Part shown: positions 1-13,400 of the stretch, piece after piece
Numbering within the stretch: the stretch's first letter is position 1
How the letters are laid out: each line of letters opens with the position of its first letter
Source of the DNA: Balanoglossus misakiensis
Lineage: Eukaryota > Animalia > Hemichordata
Length of the DNA: 64,000 bases
NCBI GenBank assembly: GCA_040954595.2
Contig: CM082591.2
Location: forward strand, 4,635,957-4,699,956
Direction: 5' to 3'
Notes under the pieces: generated by a model
Told to the model about the DNA's origin: nothing
Seen by the model: the letters and a program-made list of their open reading frames with translations, nothing else
Databases searched by the model: none
Program-made: the position numbers and the translations under genes

Positions 1-39
1 ACTAACCAAAATCTGTATGTGTTTGATAGGTTAGATGTT
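1..39 (+). repeat. Direct repeat of TRIM 3'-flank sequence 3233-3271
   Basis: actaaccaaaatctgtatgtgtttgataggttagatgtt matches 3233-3271 at 38/39 positions; truncated by the window edge. Confidence 0.85.
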
Positions 40-699
40 TGCCAGGGAATTTGATTGCCACGAATTTTGTATTGTGTACACAGGTGTCACGTGTCCAGAC
101 TTTGCAAATCCGTTCAAATCCTGAAGCTTCAAGTTGGATTAAGCAAATTTATTGCAATTTGAACCATTTTCTGAAATTGAGCATTTTGGATATAGTTTTC
201 TTTATGGCGTCGTAACGATAAATCAATTAGCTTTTATCATAGCAACCGACAAACTGTTTACCCCAATTACAAAAATTAGAGATATTTTGATTTCAAACTT
301 TGTTATAATAGTATAGTTGATACAGAATCAAGTACACGCCAAGAATGACTGACAAGACAGACAGACAGAAAGAAGTGTAATATGAGCTCATGTGTGTAGG
401 CCCTAGATAAGACGTTGAGTGTATGTCGAATTTCTGTTCGTTTCGAACACCCACACTATGCATATATCAAGCCTGCAGCTAGCTTTATGTAGATCTACAG
501 ATTTAAAGTCAAGTTCTTTCCAGGCCTTTGGGACTTCTTTTCCAATAAATGCTTTCTTCATAATGTGTGTGTTGTGTTGAAGAATGATATAAAAAGCAGT
601 GATGGTTAATCAAGATATTTGAACGAGACAGAAATCGTCCCAGACAATTTAGGTAATAGTGACTTCAATTGTTACTCGCTCGGGAACAAAAAGTCTGCC

Positions 700-727
700 A
701 AAGTGAAAGATAGAGTGAAAACGAAAG
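700..727 (+). promoter_or_regulatory. IRF-E/ISRE-like cluster upstream of the TRIM gene
   Basis: AAAGTGAAAG at 700-709 and an exact GAAANNGAAA (GAAAACGAAA) at 717-726, about 100 nt before the ATG. Confidence 0.45.
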
Positions 728-821
728 AATCACACAAATCGGCCATGGCGTCCGATTCGTAGAAAACGGTCACGCGATTTCGCCGAATTTGCTACACTCC
801 AACCTTTGGCAGCGCTTCAAA

Positions 822-3017
822 ATGGCAGCCAAAGAGTCGTCGGCGTTCCCGAGCGACATTGACCCGAATTTCCTTATCTGCGGCATCTGTTCAGAGCGAT
901 ACAAGAACGCCAAGATTCTGCAGTGTCTGCACAACTTCTGCGAGCCGTGTCTAGACGAGCTGGTCAAGAGGAACGGCGATTTGAAATGCCCCACCTGCCG
1001 TCGTTGCCATGACCTCCCCGAAGGCGGTGTGTCGGCCATACCTTCGAATGTGTTCGCCAACCAGTTAGTTGAGGCCTTCCGGAAGCATGGCGGCAGTCCG
1101 GGTGGCGTCAGTAAGTGCCAATGTTGCAATAAAGGTAAAAGTGTGCTTTTCTGTGCTGAGTGTAACGTGTACATGTGCGAGAGTTGCTCATCGGCCCATA
1201 AATTGTTTCCGGCTACAAAGTCGCACCGGACATTGACCCTGGAAGAGTACCAGGCTGCCAAGTCAAGCGACCCTGTCTCCATACAACCACCCGTTTACTG
1301 CACCGCTCACCCGGACTGCAAGCTGGAATTCTACTGCGACACTTGTGAAGCCGCAATCTGCCTGAAATGCGCAGTTCTTGATCACCCACGACCTGAGCAT
1401 GCGTACAGGGATCTGAAGGAGGCCTCTGCAGACTACAAGACGAAGTTGGCCGAACGAATCGCTAATATGAAAGTAAAAGAAGACGAGGCAGACGGAAGCA
1501 AAGCAACAGTTGAAGAGGTCACAAAATCTCTCGAAACAAACTTCAGAGAGGGAGAGAATAGCATCAAGCATCACGCTGAGAAGACAAAAGAGGAAATTTG
1601 TCAACTAATCGACGACAGCGAGAAGGTATTACTAGAGAAATTGGCGGGAGAGTACGACAGACGAAAAGTGTCCTTGAATGCCCAGGTTAAAGAACTGGAG
1701 AACACGAAAAGCGATCTGCGACATACAATCGAGTACGCAGAGAATCTGACACAGTATGGAAACGACGCCCTCTTGATGATGGCCAAGAAGGGTGTGGAAT
1801 CCCAGATTAAAGAGCTGATCAAGATTGAAACGAAAGTAAAACCTAACGAAAGTGGTTTTATGAAGTTTCAGCCCGAAGATGGCTGCCGTTTTGATAGTTT
1901 TCTCGGAACTTTAATGATGGCGGATATCGAAATCATTGAAGCGCCAACTGAGGTCCAAATTGGAGGGGAAATTCGAGTTACCATTAATAGCGCACGCGTG
2001 CCTTCATGCGATAATATCGAAGCGGTGGTCAGAAGACCAGACGGTAAGAATGACAAAATGGAAGTACGCGATAACAAAGATGGAACATGTGTCCTACACT
2101 GTCGTGCAACAATGGTCGGCGAACACCATATCTCCGCGTCGGTAACCGAGCAACAGGTACCCGGATGTCCCATCAAAGTGAATGTGATCCCTCACAAAGA
2201 CTATCGACTGATAAACACCTTTGGAAGTCAGGGGTCAGGCACGGGTCAAATGTCAACACCCTATGGCGTGACTTTTACTCCCGGTGGGAAAGTTCTCGTT
2301 TGTGAATATGGAAATTCAAGATTGCAATCGTTCAGTTCTCTCGGCCAATCAGAGCGAGTTTTTGACTCGACCAATCTCGTATCATCATTCAAACCGTATT
2401 ACGCAGCTGTTGCTCCAAATGGCCACATTCACATCACAGACTGTGGTAACACACAGGTTATAGTTTGTGATGAGAATATGAAGGTGATAGGGATCTATGG
2501 AAAGGGTACTTTGCAGCATCCTCTCGGCATTGCCATTAGTTCCAAGAAACTTCGGTACGTTGTTGACCATACTGGCAACTGTGTCCATGTATACGATGAA
2601 GATGACAAGTTCGTCAAGAAATTTGGCAGTTATGGGACTGGTCCGGGTCAATTTTCTAACCCCTTTTGCGTCGAAGTAAGCAAGACTGGCACTGTGTACG
2701 TATCCGATTTTTCTAACAACCGGGTCCAAATGTTCGACGAAGATGGCAACTATTTGGATGAGTTCGGAGGACCAGGGAGTGGGGAGGGACAGCTCAGCTC
2801 GCCGACAGGTCTTGCCACGGATCAAGCAGGATTCGTCTACGTGTGCGACAGCGGCAACAAACGCGTTGTGAAGTACACGTCTGGTGGAAAGTTTGTCTGT
2901 AGCATCAAAGATGGCCTCTCTGGACGTCCTCGCGGAGTGAGTGTTAGCGAAGATGTGCCGGCAAGAGTTGCAGTCGCTGATTATTCAAATGGTTGCGTGA
3001 AAATATATTCCCAATGA
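822..3017 (+). CDS. Intronless TRIM-NHL E3 ubiquitin ligase (RING, B-box1, B-box2, coiled coil, filamin, about 6 NHL repeats), TRIM2/3/71-like, 731 aa
   Basis: Single ORF; first ATG at 822 (caaaATGGc; the track start at 789 is TTG). C3HC4 RING CGIC..CLHNFCEPC..CPTC; B-boxes CQCC..CAEC..CESCSSAH and CTAH..CDTC..CLKC..H..H; filamin signature VRDNKDGT..GEHHISASV..VPGCP; NHL repeats FGSQGSGTGQMSTPYGV, FGSYGTGPGQFSNPFCV, FGGPGSGEGQLSSPTGL. Confidence 0.95.
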   Translation: MAAKESSAFPSDIDPNFLICGICSERYKNAKILQCLHNFCEPCLDELVKRNGDLKCPTCRRCHDLPEGGVSAIPSNVFANQLVEAFRKHGGSPGGVSKCQCCNKGKSVLFCAECNVYMCESCSSAHKLFPATKSHRTLTLEEYQAAKSSDPVSIQPPVYCTAHPDCKLEFYCDTCEAAICLKCAVLDHPRPEHAYRDLKEASADYKTKLAERIANMKVKEDEADGSKATVEEVTKSLETNFREGENSIKHHAEKTKEEICQLIDDSEKVLLEKLAGEYDRRKVSLNAQVKELENTKSDLRHTIEYAENLTQYGNDALLMMAKKGVESQIKELIKIETKVKPNESGFMKFQPEDGCRFDSFLGTLMMADIEIIEAPTEVQIGGEIRVTINSARVPSCDNIEAVVRRPDGKNDKMEVRDNKDGTCVLHCRATMVGEHHISASVTEQQVPGCPIKVNVIPHKDYRLINTFGSQGSGTGQMSTPYGVTFTPGGKVLVCEYGNSRLQSFSSLGQSERVFDSTNLVSSFKPYYAAVAPNGHIHITDCGNTQVIVCDENMKVIGIYGKGTLQHPLGIAISSKKLRYVVDHTGNCVHVYDEDDKFVKKFGSYGTGPGQFSNPFCVEVSKTGTVYVSDFSNNRVQMFDEDGNYLDEFGGPGSGEGQLSSPTGLATDQAGFVYVCDSGNKRVVKYTSGGKFVCSIKDGLSGRPRGVSVSEDVPARVAVADYSNGCVKIYSQ

Positions 3018-4499
3018 AAGTCACATCACGGGAAATGTTGATCAGCGCAATCAGACAAAACTGAAGCAGAGACACTCCAGAATACGGACACATAGTGAAA
3101 CAGGATTTCCGTTTCTGTGAAGTGAAACTATAGATTGCCTGACAATGTCATTTCGGACATAATCGGATGTTTATTGTCAGTATATACAGAAAACATAAAA
3201 AACTCTTTCAAATGAAACAATCTTCAACAAATACTAACCAAAATCTGTATGTGTTTGAAAGGTTAGATGTTAGATGTCGTCTCTTTATTTCTTTGAAGCA
3301 CATTCCACCACAAGTATAGTTATGAATATTCAGTCCAGAAACTCACAGACTATGCAAATATTTCTGAAAAGCAAAGAACGCATGCCCAGATAAATTTTGC
3401 AACATATTGTACAAAAATACACAAACCACGATCACTGAAAAGGTTTAACTGACAGAAATGTAACTTCCCTATTAGTAATCACCGTACTGTAAAATTATTT
3501 TTTACTTACTTTCTTGATCAATAGAACGTTAATTACAGGTGAAAGATGTCCCTTGTTTATAGCTTTTGGAAACAAATCTTTACGAAAAAATGTATACAAA
3601 CACCATGTTGTAATTCGAAATTACAAACAGGCGTGACGAAAAAAGTTGTTGGGCGCCAAAAATTTCAATCAGTTCCTATCAAACGATTTGCATCACAATG
3701 CTTAAAAATATTTACATAACCCTTGGTTGGTTTAGAATAAAAATAATATAGCATGATACACAAACAACATTTCTTCGGCAATTTATATACCCTATTACTT
3801 TTTTTAATTAAAACAAATGTAAATATCTTGTAAATTTAGTTTTATATTCAACTGAAGAATACCCCATACTATATTTCTCGACTTTTATACTTCAGGACTT
3901 ATGATGGGGTCCACAGATTGTTCCTTGCGCGGGCATTGTTAGGCAAAAGTGTAAAATACACAAAACACTACATATACAGGAACACTGGTTGGCCACCCCA
4001 AACTAAATCTGAGTTTTGTAGAAGCATAGCTGTGGTTTAGACACTATATGTTGCAGAAAGGAGGGACACAATGATTTTTAAACTTATTCAAAAGTTTCTT
4101 TTGATTGGATGATTGCTTCGAGTGTAAAACGTATCCGTTTCAAATGGATTGAAGTTTTAGGGTTATTCATGGTTTATGTCTGTCATTTTCACCGTGTTTT
4201 TAAAAGACGAATGAGTTTGAAACAGGCATTTCATATTTCCTTGGAATATTTACCCGACCACAAAAAGTCACCCCTTTCTGTAAGATTCGTGGTAGTATCA
4301 GAAGTGATAATTGAAATAATTTGTCATTGTCAATGACGCTTTTTTTATTTGTCACCAAGATCCTTTCTCATTGGCTTAAATGTATGTATAGTATAGTCCT
4401 ATGTACACAGTGTCAGATGTTGTTATTGGTCCCATCCTGTTCACGTCACACACAGTGTGGCAACAACAGGATGCCATGGTCACTCTACACTGTCAGTGC

Positions 4500-7400
4500 T
4501 TACTGGATTGCACACATGCACAGAGGTGACTGTTTCATGGCATTGTAGATGACAGTGGCTGTTGACTGGTGATGGTTTTTCAAAGCCAGGTGAATGGCCA
4601 TGTCGCCATCCCTGTCCCTCACGGACATGTCGATGCCATAATCCAATAAGATGCCGACGACCAGGAGATGGCCCTTCTCGGCCGCGTAGTGCAGCGCGTT
4701 GCGCTTGTGCGAGTCCCGGATGTTCACGTCGGCGCCATGTTTGACTAGTTTCCTCACCAGTCCAACATGGCCGCCCTTGGACACCATGATCAGGGCTGTC
4801 GTGTTGGCTTTGTTGCACTGGTCCACCGGCACGCCGTGCCTGAGCAGGGTGTCTACCACCAGAGGATGGACTCTCATCGCCGCGAAGTGTAAATGCGAAT
4901 TGTCGTACGCCGTGAGGGATTCGACATCCGCGCCCTTCTGCAAGAGTGACTCCGACGTTTCGTTGTGACCGTTGTAAGCGGAGTAGTGAAGTGGAGTCCA
5001 GGCTTCCGTGTCCTGTGCATCCACAGTTGCTCCACCACTGATGAGAGTATCAGCTACTTTTGTTCTCCCATACTTGGCAGCGTAGTGGAGTGGCGTGAGG
5101 TAGTCCTCGTCACGGGCGTTGATATCGGCTCCCCAAACCATCAGGAGCTTGACAGCTGCAACGTTGCCCTCACCGGCGGCTACATGAAGCGAAGTGGTGA
5201 GAAAATCATCCACCGCTTCAACTGGTGCGCCCTCAAGCAACAGGAACTCGATGACTCCAATACTTCCCTGCATACTGGCGCAGTGCAGTGGCGTCTTTCC
5301 ATGGCTGTCAATTTCGCAGACATCGGCACCTCTGCGCACGAGAAGCTTGACCAGTGACAGATGGCCCTCGTTGGCAGCATAGTGCAATGGCGTCCAGTTC
5401 TCTTGGTCTTTCGAGTTGACATTGGACCCACTGACGATGAGCTGCTCGACAATCTGCAGGTATCCATGAGCGGCTGCCACGTGCAGGGGAGTTGTTCCGG
5501 AAGTTCCGCCATTAACATCCGCTCCCTTTTTGATCAGAAGCTCCAGAGTACGCTGCTGTTCCTTGGCAGCTGCCCAGTGCAGTGGTGTCCAGTTATACAC
5601 ATCAGTGTCAGCAGTCTCTGCCCCACTCTGCACTAATCTCTCCACCACAGTCACGTGGCCCTTGTTGGCAGCACAGTGTAGCGGGGTATTTCTCCTCTCT
5701 GTGACAGCCTGCACACTCGCCCCGACCGACAACAGAAGATCCACGATGTCGGCGTGCCCGTTCACCGACGCGTAGTGCAGCGGGGTTCTGCATCGGTTGT
5801 CGGCGGCGTCCACGGTCGCCCCGTGGTCAATCAGTGTCTCCACCACCCTCTTGTGTCCGTACTCGGCTGCATAGTGCAGGGGAGTCTTGCCCAGGTCGTC
5901 TCTGGCGTCGACATCAGCTGCTCTGTCGATCAGATGCAGGACGACAGACATGCTGTCGTGCTTAGCTGCGAAGTGCAGTGGGGTGGGTGAAGCGTTCTCT
6001 CCATCACTATCGCTTTCCTGTACACCTTCCACTTGCACGAACGCTTTGCCCCCCATGGTCGAATGCAGTCTCCTGACCTTGGTTTTCCTTTTCTTTTTTG
6101 TGCCGTTCCAGCTGTCAGCATCAGCCCCTCTCTGTGTGAGCATTTCTGCCATTTTGAGGTCGTTCATGATTGCAGCAATGTGTAGTGGTGAGTGTCCGTA
6201 GGCATTGCGGACCTCCGTGTTGGCGCCCGCTTCTAGTAGAACCTCGGCGACCCTGTGGTGGCCATTTTCCACTGCAACGTGCAGGGCGGTGTTTTTCAGT
6301 CCCTTGGTAACGGCACTGACGGATCCCCCGCTCTGCAGCAGCAACTCCACCAGATGTAAATGACCGTATTTGGCAGCGCAGTGCAAAGGAGTCCAGCCGT
6401 CTGCGTCGCGCGAGTCCACGCTGCCCCCGTGGTTCAGCAGCAACTTCGCCATCTTGGCATTTCCGATGCACGAGGCAACGTGTAAAGGGGTGTAGCCACA
6501 GTCATCCGGGCAATCCGGCGAGGCGCCATTTTGAAGCAGAAATTCCACCATTTCTACGTACTCGTGATACGTAGCCTTGTGCAGTGCCGTTTCTTCGTGC
6601 TCGTTGACAGCATCGACTTCCACCCGATCATACTTGCGTGACATTAAGAATTCAGCAATGTCTTTATGGCCGAGCTGTGACGCCCTGTGCAGTAGAGTGT
6701 CCGAGTGCGCGTTTCTGGCTTTCAAATTCCCGCCAAAACTGGCCAGTATCTTCACAATGTCGAGTCGGCCGACAGTGGCGGCACAGTATAGTGGACTTAT
6801 TTGCATTTTGGCTCTTCCGTTTACTGCCACTCCCTCCTTGCAGAGGTTTGTCACCATGTAAGGGAGTCCGGCTCTCGCTGCCTTGTGCAGGTCGCTCAAG
6901 CTCTGCTCCACATCCGCATACTCGCTGATGGCGTCGAGCACTTGCTGATTCCTAAGTTCCCGGGCTATTCGCGTCGCCGTGTATCCATGGAAACGACTCG
7001 AGGGATTACTCACCGGGATGTCCATCATCCGGGCGAAGTCGGTGAAGTAAAACAGAGGGGGGATCAAGGCGGCCATGTTGTGAATGGCCACTTGGTGCAG
7101 GACTGTGAACCCCTCAATTCGGTGAGACAAGTTGACTCGGTGAGTGAGTTTGCGGGCTTCGTGTATCGCACCGCACTCTATTGCTGCAAAGAGCTGCTCT
7201 TCGGTGGTGTCTGGTAGGGGAAGGCCGCCCTCGGACGACATATCCTCGGGTGAGTTCATTCCGTTTGCAGCAGACTGCAGAGACGAATTGTCATAGGTTT
7301 GATCACAGTCACCCCAGACTGTGGTTTGATGTTCAGCGAGCAGAGTGCCCGGTCCAATCACGTACTTCTTTCTTTCCTCTTCAACACTGACGTTCGTTCT

Positions 7401-10400
7401 GTCCAGTTCCACACTGTTTGCATGTAGAGGGTGTAACATCTGTCCAGGCGGGGCACTTTCTCCGCTGACGTTGACTATATGTAGAAATTTAGACCAATCA
7501 CTGTTCGTATTAGGGTCATCTGACTCGCTGTGGCCAATCAGGTTTTCAAGTGGCGAAGAGAACTCCATGTTCAGTCCATCGCCACTGTCAAGGTGGACTG
7601 AGGATCCGTCGGAGCTGGTGTCCAGGACCTCCGACTGCCTCGTCGCTCGGTGAATCTCAAAGTCGTCCTCAAACATCAAGGTCATCATGTCGGTGTGCGA
7701 GAGGGCGATGTCCCCGGCTTCTTTGAAGGACGGGACGCGGTGCAAATCGCCCATGGAGGCGGAAACCCCGTAGTCCAATCCCGACAGCTCTTCCAAGTGG
7801 CGAGAGACAATGTCGCTGTTCGTCTCGGACAGCCGCCTCATTTGAACACGCGTCGGGGTGGAGTACAGGAAGGGCTCGCCGAAGATGTTGTCGTTGCCGG
7901 GGAAACCAGAGTCCGATTGGTCCCGTGGACGATCATCTGGTTTCCCGCCTTTGAACTCGTGCTCCATATCTGTGTCAATCCCTTCGTCGGTGCTCATGGT
8001 TGTGTTGGATTCTTTGCGCGCGCGATTCCGCAGGGTGGCGCTCTCTTGCAGTCTGCAAGCATAGACGGTGGGGGCAGTCGTGCGAGTCACTGATTGGTCC
8101 GTGCAACTTGCAACCAGCGGTTCAGTTTGAGCAACGGAAGAGTTATCGTCTGCACCGACACTAGCTCTTGCTTCTTCAGTTTTCGTCGCGCCTTCTAATT
8201 GACCTTTGCCGTTCTCGCCACCTCTGCTTAAATCTGCGTCGTTGCCATCTAAGCTGTCTTCGAGGGAGAGCTTTCGCCTGGCGTGGGAAGCGTCTGGCGA
8301 CGGCTTGTCACTGGCGGGTACTTTCGACAGGTCATATCCCTTAAGCCACTGGAAACAAGCAACATAGGCGTCACGTGGGGTTCCCCTCAGTCGCGGTGAA
8401 AACGGTCCAAACCCCGCCCTACCCTTCCTGGCTGCTGGACTGTCTGTAAAGATATAAAATATTCAACAGTTAATTAGTCATCTGCCTATTCAGTCTATTT
8501 CACAGTTCATTGTCTGGTACGTAGATTTCGTCAAAATGATACTTGTATGCATGCGTTCCAAGGGTTAAAAGTAGATTCAGTGCAAGTGAAATACATGTAC
8601 ATAGACTGTGTGCTGCATACTACACGATATTTGTTGTCTTGAACACTTTTGTGTTTAGTCGTCTTGTGTCTTGTTTTCCATTATTTTTCAACAAAACGCA
8701 CGGGCGCGTCATATTTTTGGTGGTACGAATGAGTCTTGGTGTGACCAAAATTATGATCGTGGGTCAAACCTTTAATGACGGTCAGCGCAAAATAATATAT
8801 GTACAGTAATAACACCATCTTCAGTGGATGGGTTGGGATTGTAAATTCTGTTATATAACACAAACATGAGTTTTAAAATGTAAAATACAATATGTAATCA
8901 GGTAAATAATAGCTGGTCATCGTATATATAACGTTTCAAGCTCAGTCACATTTTCATTGTGAAACTACAGAATTTTAAAATCAAAGTCAGGTTACAACGT
9001 GCTTGTATTGTATGGTGTTGGCGCCCACATATTATTATTATCTGTCAAAGTTCATCGTTTATTTGACATGTCGAAACCAAACTTCTGATATGATGAAAAC
9101 AGAAATCGAATTCTTTTTAAATGGATGAATAACAATAGACTTTTAAAACAAAGCAAGGTTTTACATCACCAATTGTGGTAGAAGTATGGTGGCGTATCCA
9201 TACTTCTTTATTTAGCAATGGTGGTTTGTTACATCTAGATTTTTTTCGTATTCGCTATAATACTTCAAATTTTAGCAGCTAAATTTCCTTTAGGGATGCT
9301 TACGTGCCAGACCGCCATGCTTTGTCAATGGAGTCGAAAGGTCAATGTCTTAAAAGTTGGAGCTCTAAGCTCTATTATAACTATAGACATTCAGACCCTA
9401 TGAATTTACCTTTAAAATTCGGTCATCCATGAAATTCGGTCATATTATTACGGATAAGGAGGGGGGTCAGCGGTTCGTCAATTGAGGAACGCAGGCCTTC
9501 TTTTGACGTGTGTCCTTATGGCGCACTTGACCAACGTAATACACTAATACAATATCATTATGTGGTGAAATTTCCCCCTATACGAAGGTTGACTAGTCCA
9601 TTCCTATACAATGAACTGCTGGGTGATACCATTAGTGAGAAACCAGAAAGGAGACAGGCCATCTCTCTTTACAAGAGAATAAAACACCAGTTTCTTTTTT
9701 ATTGGTAGCGGCTGCGTGGTTAAGTTTTTGCCATGTGTTTCACGCGCACGTAAACGATATCATACCATTCCTGCCAACGTCTAACAGTTCATGGAAAGTG
9801 ATACGTGGGGATATGCTCACACTTTTATCCGCGATTCTCATGTTTAAACTGCTTGGATTTTGTCGGTTCGCGTTAGGATCAACCGATACCAATTCTTTGA
9901 CTTTGGCAGTGATGTTCTGCCAGACACGACAAAATCGTCATAGATTCTGCAGACCCGACGACACATAGGTTAACATACAGCATACGTTCATAAGCCAGAT
10001 GATCGCACGACTTGTAGCAGATCACACATGGCTCGAAGTCTGCGCGAATATTTTGTCGTCTTACAGGTTACAGTATGCTATAGTCAAATTATCGCGTTTT
10101 CTGGAAGTTTTAGGAAAATGGGAAGAAAAAGAAAAGAAATCACTCGCCCTTCTGTCCAGTGGTGATTCCACGATTTGCTCTCCCTCCAATGAATGAGTGT
10201 CTGACTCAGTTACAGTCGATGCGAAATGCCATCCCCGTGTCAAAGGTCACGCAGAAGAATGTTAGTGGCAGCGTCTCAAGACGTTGCTGGAATGTCTCCT
10301 TGGCCTTGCTCTGTCCTGAGACATCTCGGGGAGGAGTACGATGAAGGGAAAAAACTTCGCGTGTAACTGCGAGGGTCGCAAATAACTGGGAATCGCTTCA

Positions 10401-13400
10401 CGGCAGGGCGAAACCACTATTTCAAGGGAGTAACCAATTCTGGTGTGCGGCGGGGGCAATTTGGACTAGTCAGTGAAAATGCCACTTTGCCACGACCGGG
10501 GAAAGCGTGCGACGGTGTCGTGTTTATCGCGTGGGTGAGTTCGCGTATTCACCCTTTTCCTCAGCAAAAAATAGAGCAGTTTCAACCAAAGTTTTACTGT
10601 CCCGGTGCCCTGAACTCAATGTCTCCTTTGTACCCGCCAACAATGAACCCGACCCTTCCTGAAAGATTTTTTATATACCCAGTATTCTGTTCTTTGTACT
10701 GAAGACCTTTTGTGTCCATCCTTTTATCTGCATCCGTGGCACACAAAAACGATGGTCGCTGTCATATAATATGAACCATTGAAAACATGCACACACAGGT
10801 ACACACATGACGCGCGCGTCACTTTGTGATGTTGGGATTTTATTTTTAATTTTTGACATCGCGTGTATGTACTTTTTTTTACCGAACTCTCGGTTTCCAT
10901 TGTCTGTATTCACATTACGTCACTTAATTATAGTTTCCTTCATAATTCTTTTAGAATAATAATGCGATTCATGCAGTATACACCCGACCCCTGGGATCCG
11001 AAAGAGAACGTTTCTCTGTGCACTGTTGATGGATTGGTGCGCAGACACAGATTTCTCGATTGTCCGTGGTCCGAACCAGAGTGCAGTGGTCGTAACAGTG
11101 AAACATGAATTCGGATGAATGAATTGATAATGAAAGAAAGACGGATAGTATGACGAGAGTGTCAGCCAAAGCCGGACAATCTTTCGCCATTCTCGAGTCG
11201 TGGGGTGACAATTTGAGCTGTGTCGTCCAGATAATCAGAACTGCTTTGCTATTGCGATTGTGGTTTCTGGATTATGTGGCAAAATACAACTACCTGTTGA
11301 ACGTGTACAGCCAGAGTTTGGGGTCATTCGAAGTCATAGGGGAATTTGCATATTTTACGTAAAGACGCCCATCTACATAGAAACTGACGGCAAATAACTT
11401 CTCTATGTTGAACAAACAGTATTCGCCCGCAAATATTGCCAGTCACGGTAAACCGTACACCTACTGCTTCGGCGATAAAGTTCCCACAGTACGATATGCT
11501 TGTGGAAAAGTGCGCGTGTAGGACACTGGAGCGCGCAACATGTACGACAGTCCGAATCCGACAAGAACTTGAAGCGTGACTCCAATTTTCACTCGAAGTC
11601 CCAACTTACCCTCCATATGAACTCCGAATGTTCATATCTGTGTAACTTCAGGAGGATGGAGGGAAGGGTGACATGAAAACTGTGGATTTAGCCTTATACA
11701 TGTGTACATGCTTTTCACCCTGACCGAAAACTTAACTGAGTAGCCCACAGTATTGTCAACATGGACAAAAACGACGCATGTGACTATAATTACTGCCATG
11801 ATGTACGTGTTATACAGGGTACAATAGCCTCACAAACAGTGGTACACAACTGTGGGTTTCCTTCAGGTGAAACACAGCTATGACAATAGCCTTGGATGAA
11901 CGAGCCAGGGTCGCCACGCCACTTTTTTGTGAGTTCCACACCAAAAAATTCAGTACAAATCGTGATTTTCTACATGTCTGGGGTTTTTGCGTTACTTACC
12001 TATGCCAACACGTGAGAAGATTTCGCCCCGAAGCGCATAGTAGATCGCTAACACTGGCGCGATGCCAATTCCCCAAATAGCTACGGTTCCGACGGATCCT
12101 ATTGAGAGAAGAGAAAAGACAGACGACGGTTGATTCAGCTGAAGAGATCTACATGTTGTGTTTGCGTGGTCGTCTATGGGCAACACCGCCCTCTATGTTT
12201 AGGCCAAAAATATGGCACAATTTCTTGGTGTGTTCAGGTGATATCATTACTGCATTATACTGGAAGGAACAACGGTGGTGTGATACAAATGAGACCAATT
12301 TTTACCATTCAGGGATAAAAATTAACGAGAAATTGTTTGTTGTTGTTGTTGTGGTGGGGGTGTGTACGTATGTGGCGACAGTTGGCAAAATTCGTCACAC
12401 ATACACTACAGTCGCGTAGGGACACTATGGGCCGTGGAGACATATTTCGTCCGTCCCACATAGTTCCTATGGGTGACCCTAGCATCATTTTGGAGAGGAA
12501 AAATCCAGGTGTATGGGTAGGCATGGAGAAAATACGCCCATGTGTGCGTACACCGTAACCGGCTTTTTGAAAACCACAAGAAAGCCCCCCGGTGTCAAAA
12601 GTTCAAACTGCAACCCGCATCCTCGTCTGTCGAATGTATAAATGGTGAGAACTGTTTGATACACCCACATCTGTTGACGAGTACGATCATTCTGTGTTCA
12701 GTTGGACTTTCGCATTTATTGGTTTTATTTGTCGCCATGGCAACCAGTCATTGCTGCATGGAAAAGCGCCACAAAAACATTGTCATGAATTGGGCGATTC
12801 TCCCCAATTCTAAGCAAACCACACAATGGTTACCAGTACGTGTTTTTACCCATGTTGCCATGTCAACGTGCGGGGGGGGGGGGACATTATAATTTCGGTC
12901 ACGTCACGTCGCACTGAGCAGATGGCGTTTGTCACCCAAACTGTTATTTATCGGCAGGTGGGCAGCAAAATGGAGATTGGACCACAAAGAAGTGGTCACG
13001 GTCCCCTGAAATTTTACAATGAGGTCAACGACATTGTAACTGCCCTGTTTCCAAGTTCCAAAATACAGTACTCGCTACTCGCAGGCTTTCGGGGAGGGGG
13101 GGGGGGTGCAGATGACACGCCTGCTTCTCTGTCAGTTTGCTCCATCTCATCATGTGGCGCGTGGCTATCATCGCTACTGTTAATCTTGGTATTATCAGTT
13201 TTAGTGAGATGCAGACGATTAAGTGTAAACATCGATTTATCATTCAGTACCACGTGCGATTTTCCCCACACTGCTGGCCGGGAAGACATTTTGTTTCATA
13301 ATGATTATTCCATGTAAGGGATTTTATCTAGATGACGTGTGATGCAATAATGGTAATCGCTTTCTGTCGAATTTGGGCCAAAATCCGAAAGTTCAGTTCA

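Noticed and set aside
770-8093. Numerous antisense or alternate-frame ORFs over the TRIM and ankyrin genes
   Set aside because: Shadow ORFs of GC-richer coding sequence; no recognisable domains.
13014-13289. 91-aa minus-strand ORF with PPPPPRKP inside the ankyrin gene intron
   Set aside because: The polyproline comes from a G homopolymer; no good phase-1 donor and no recognisable homology.
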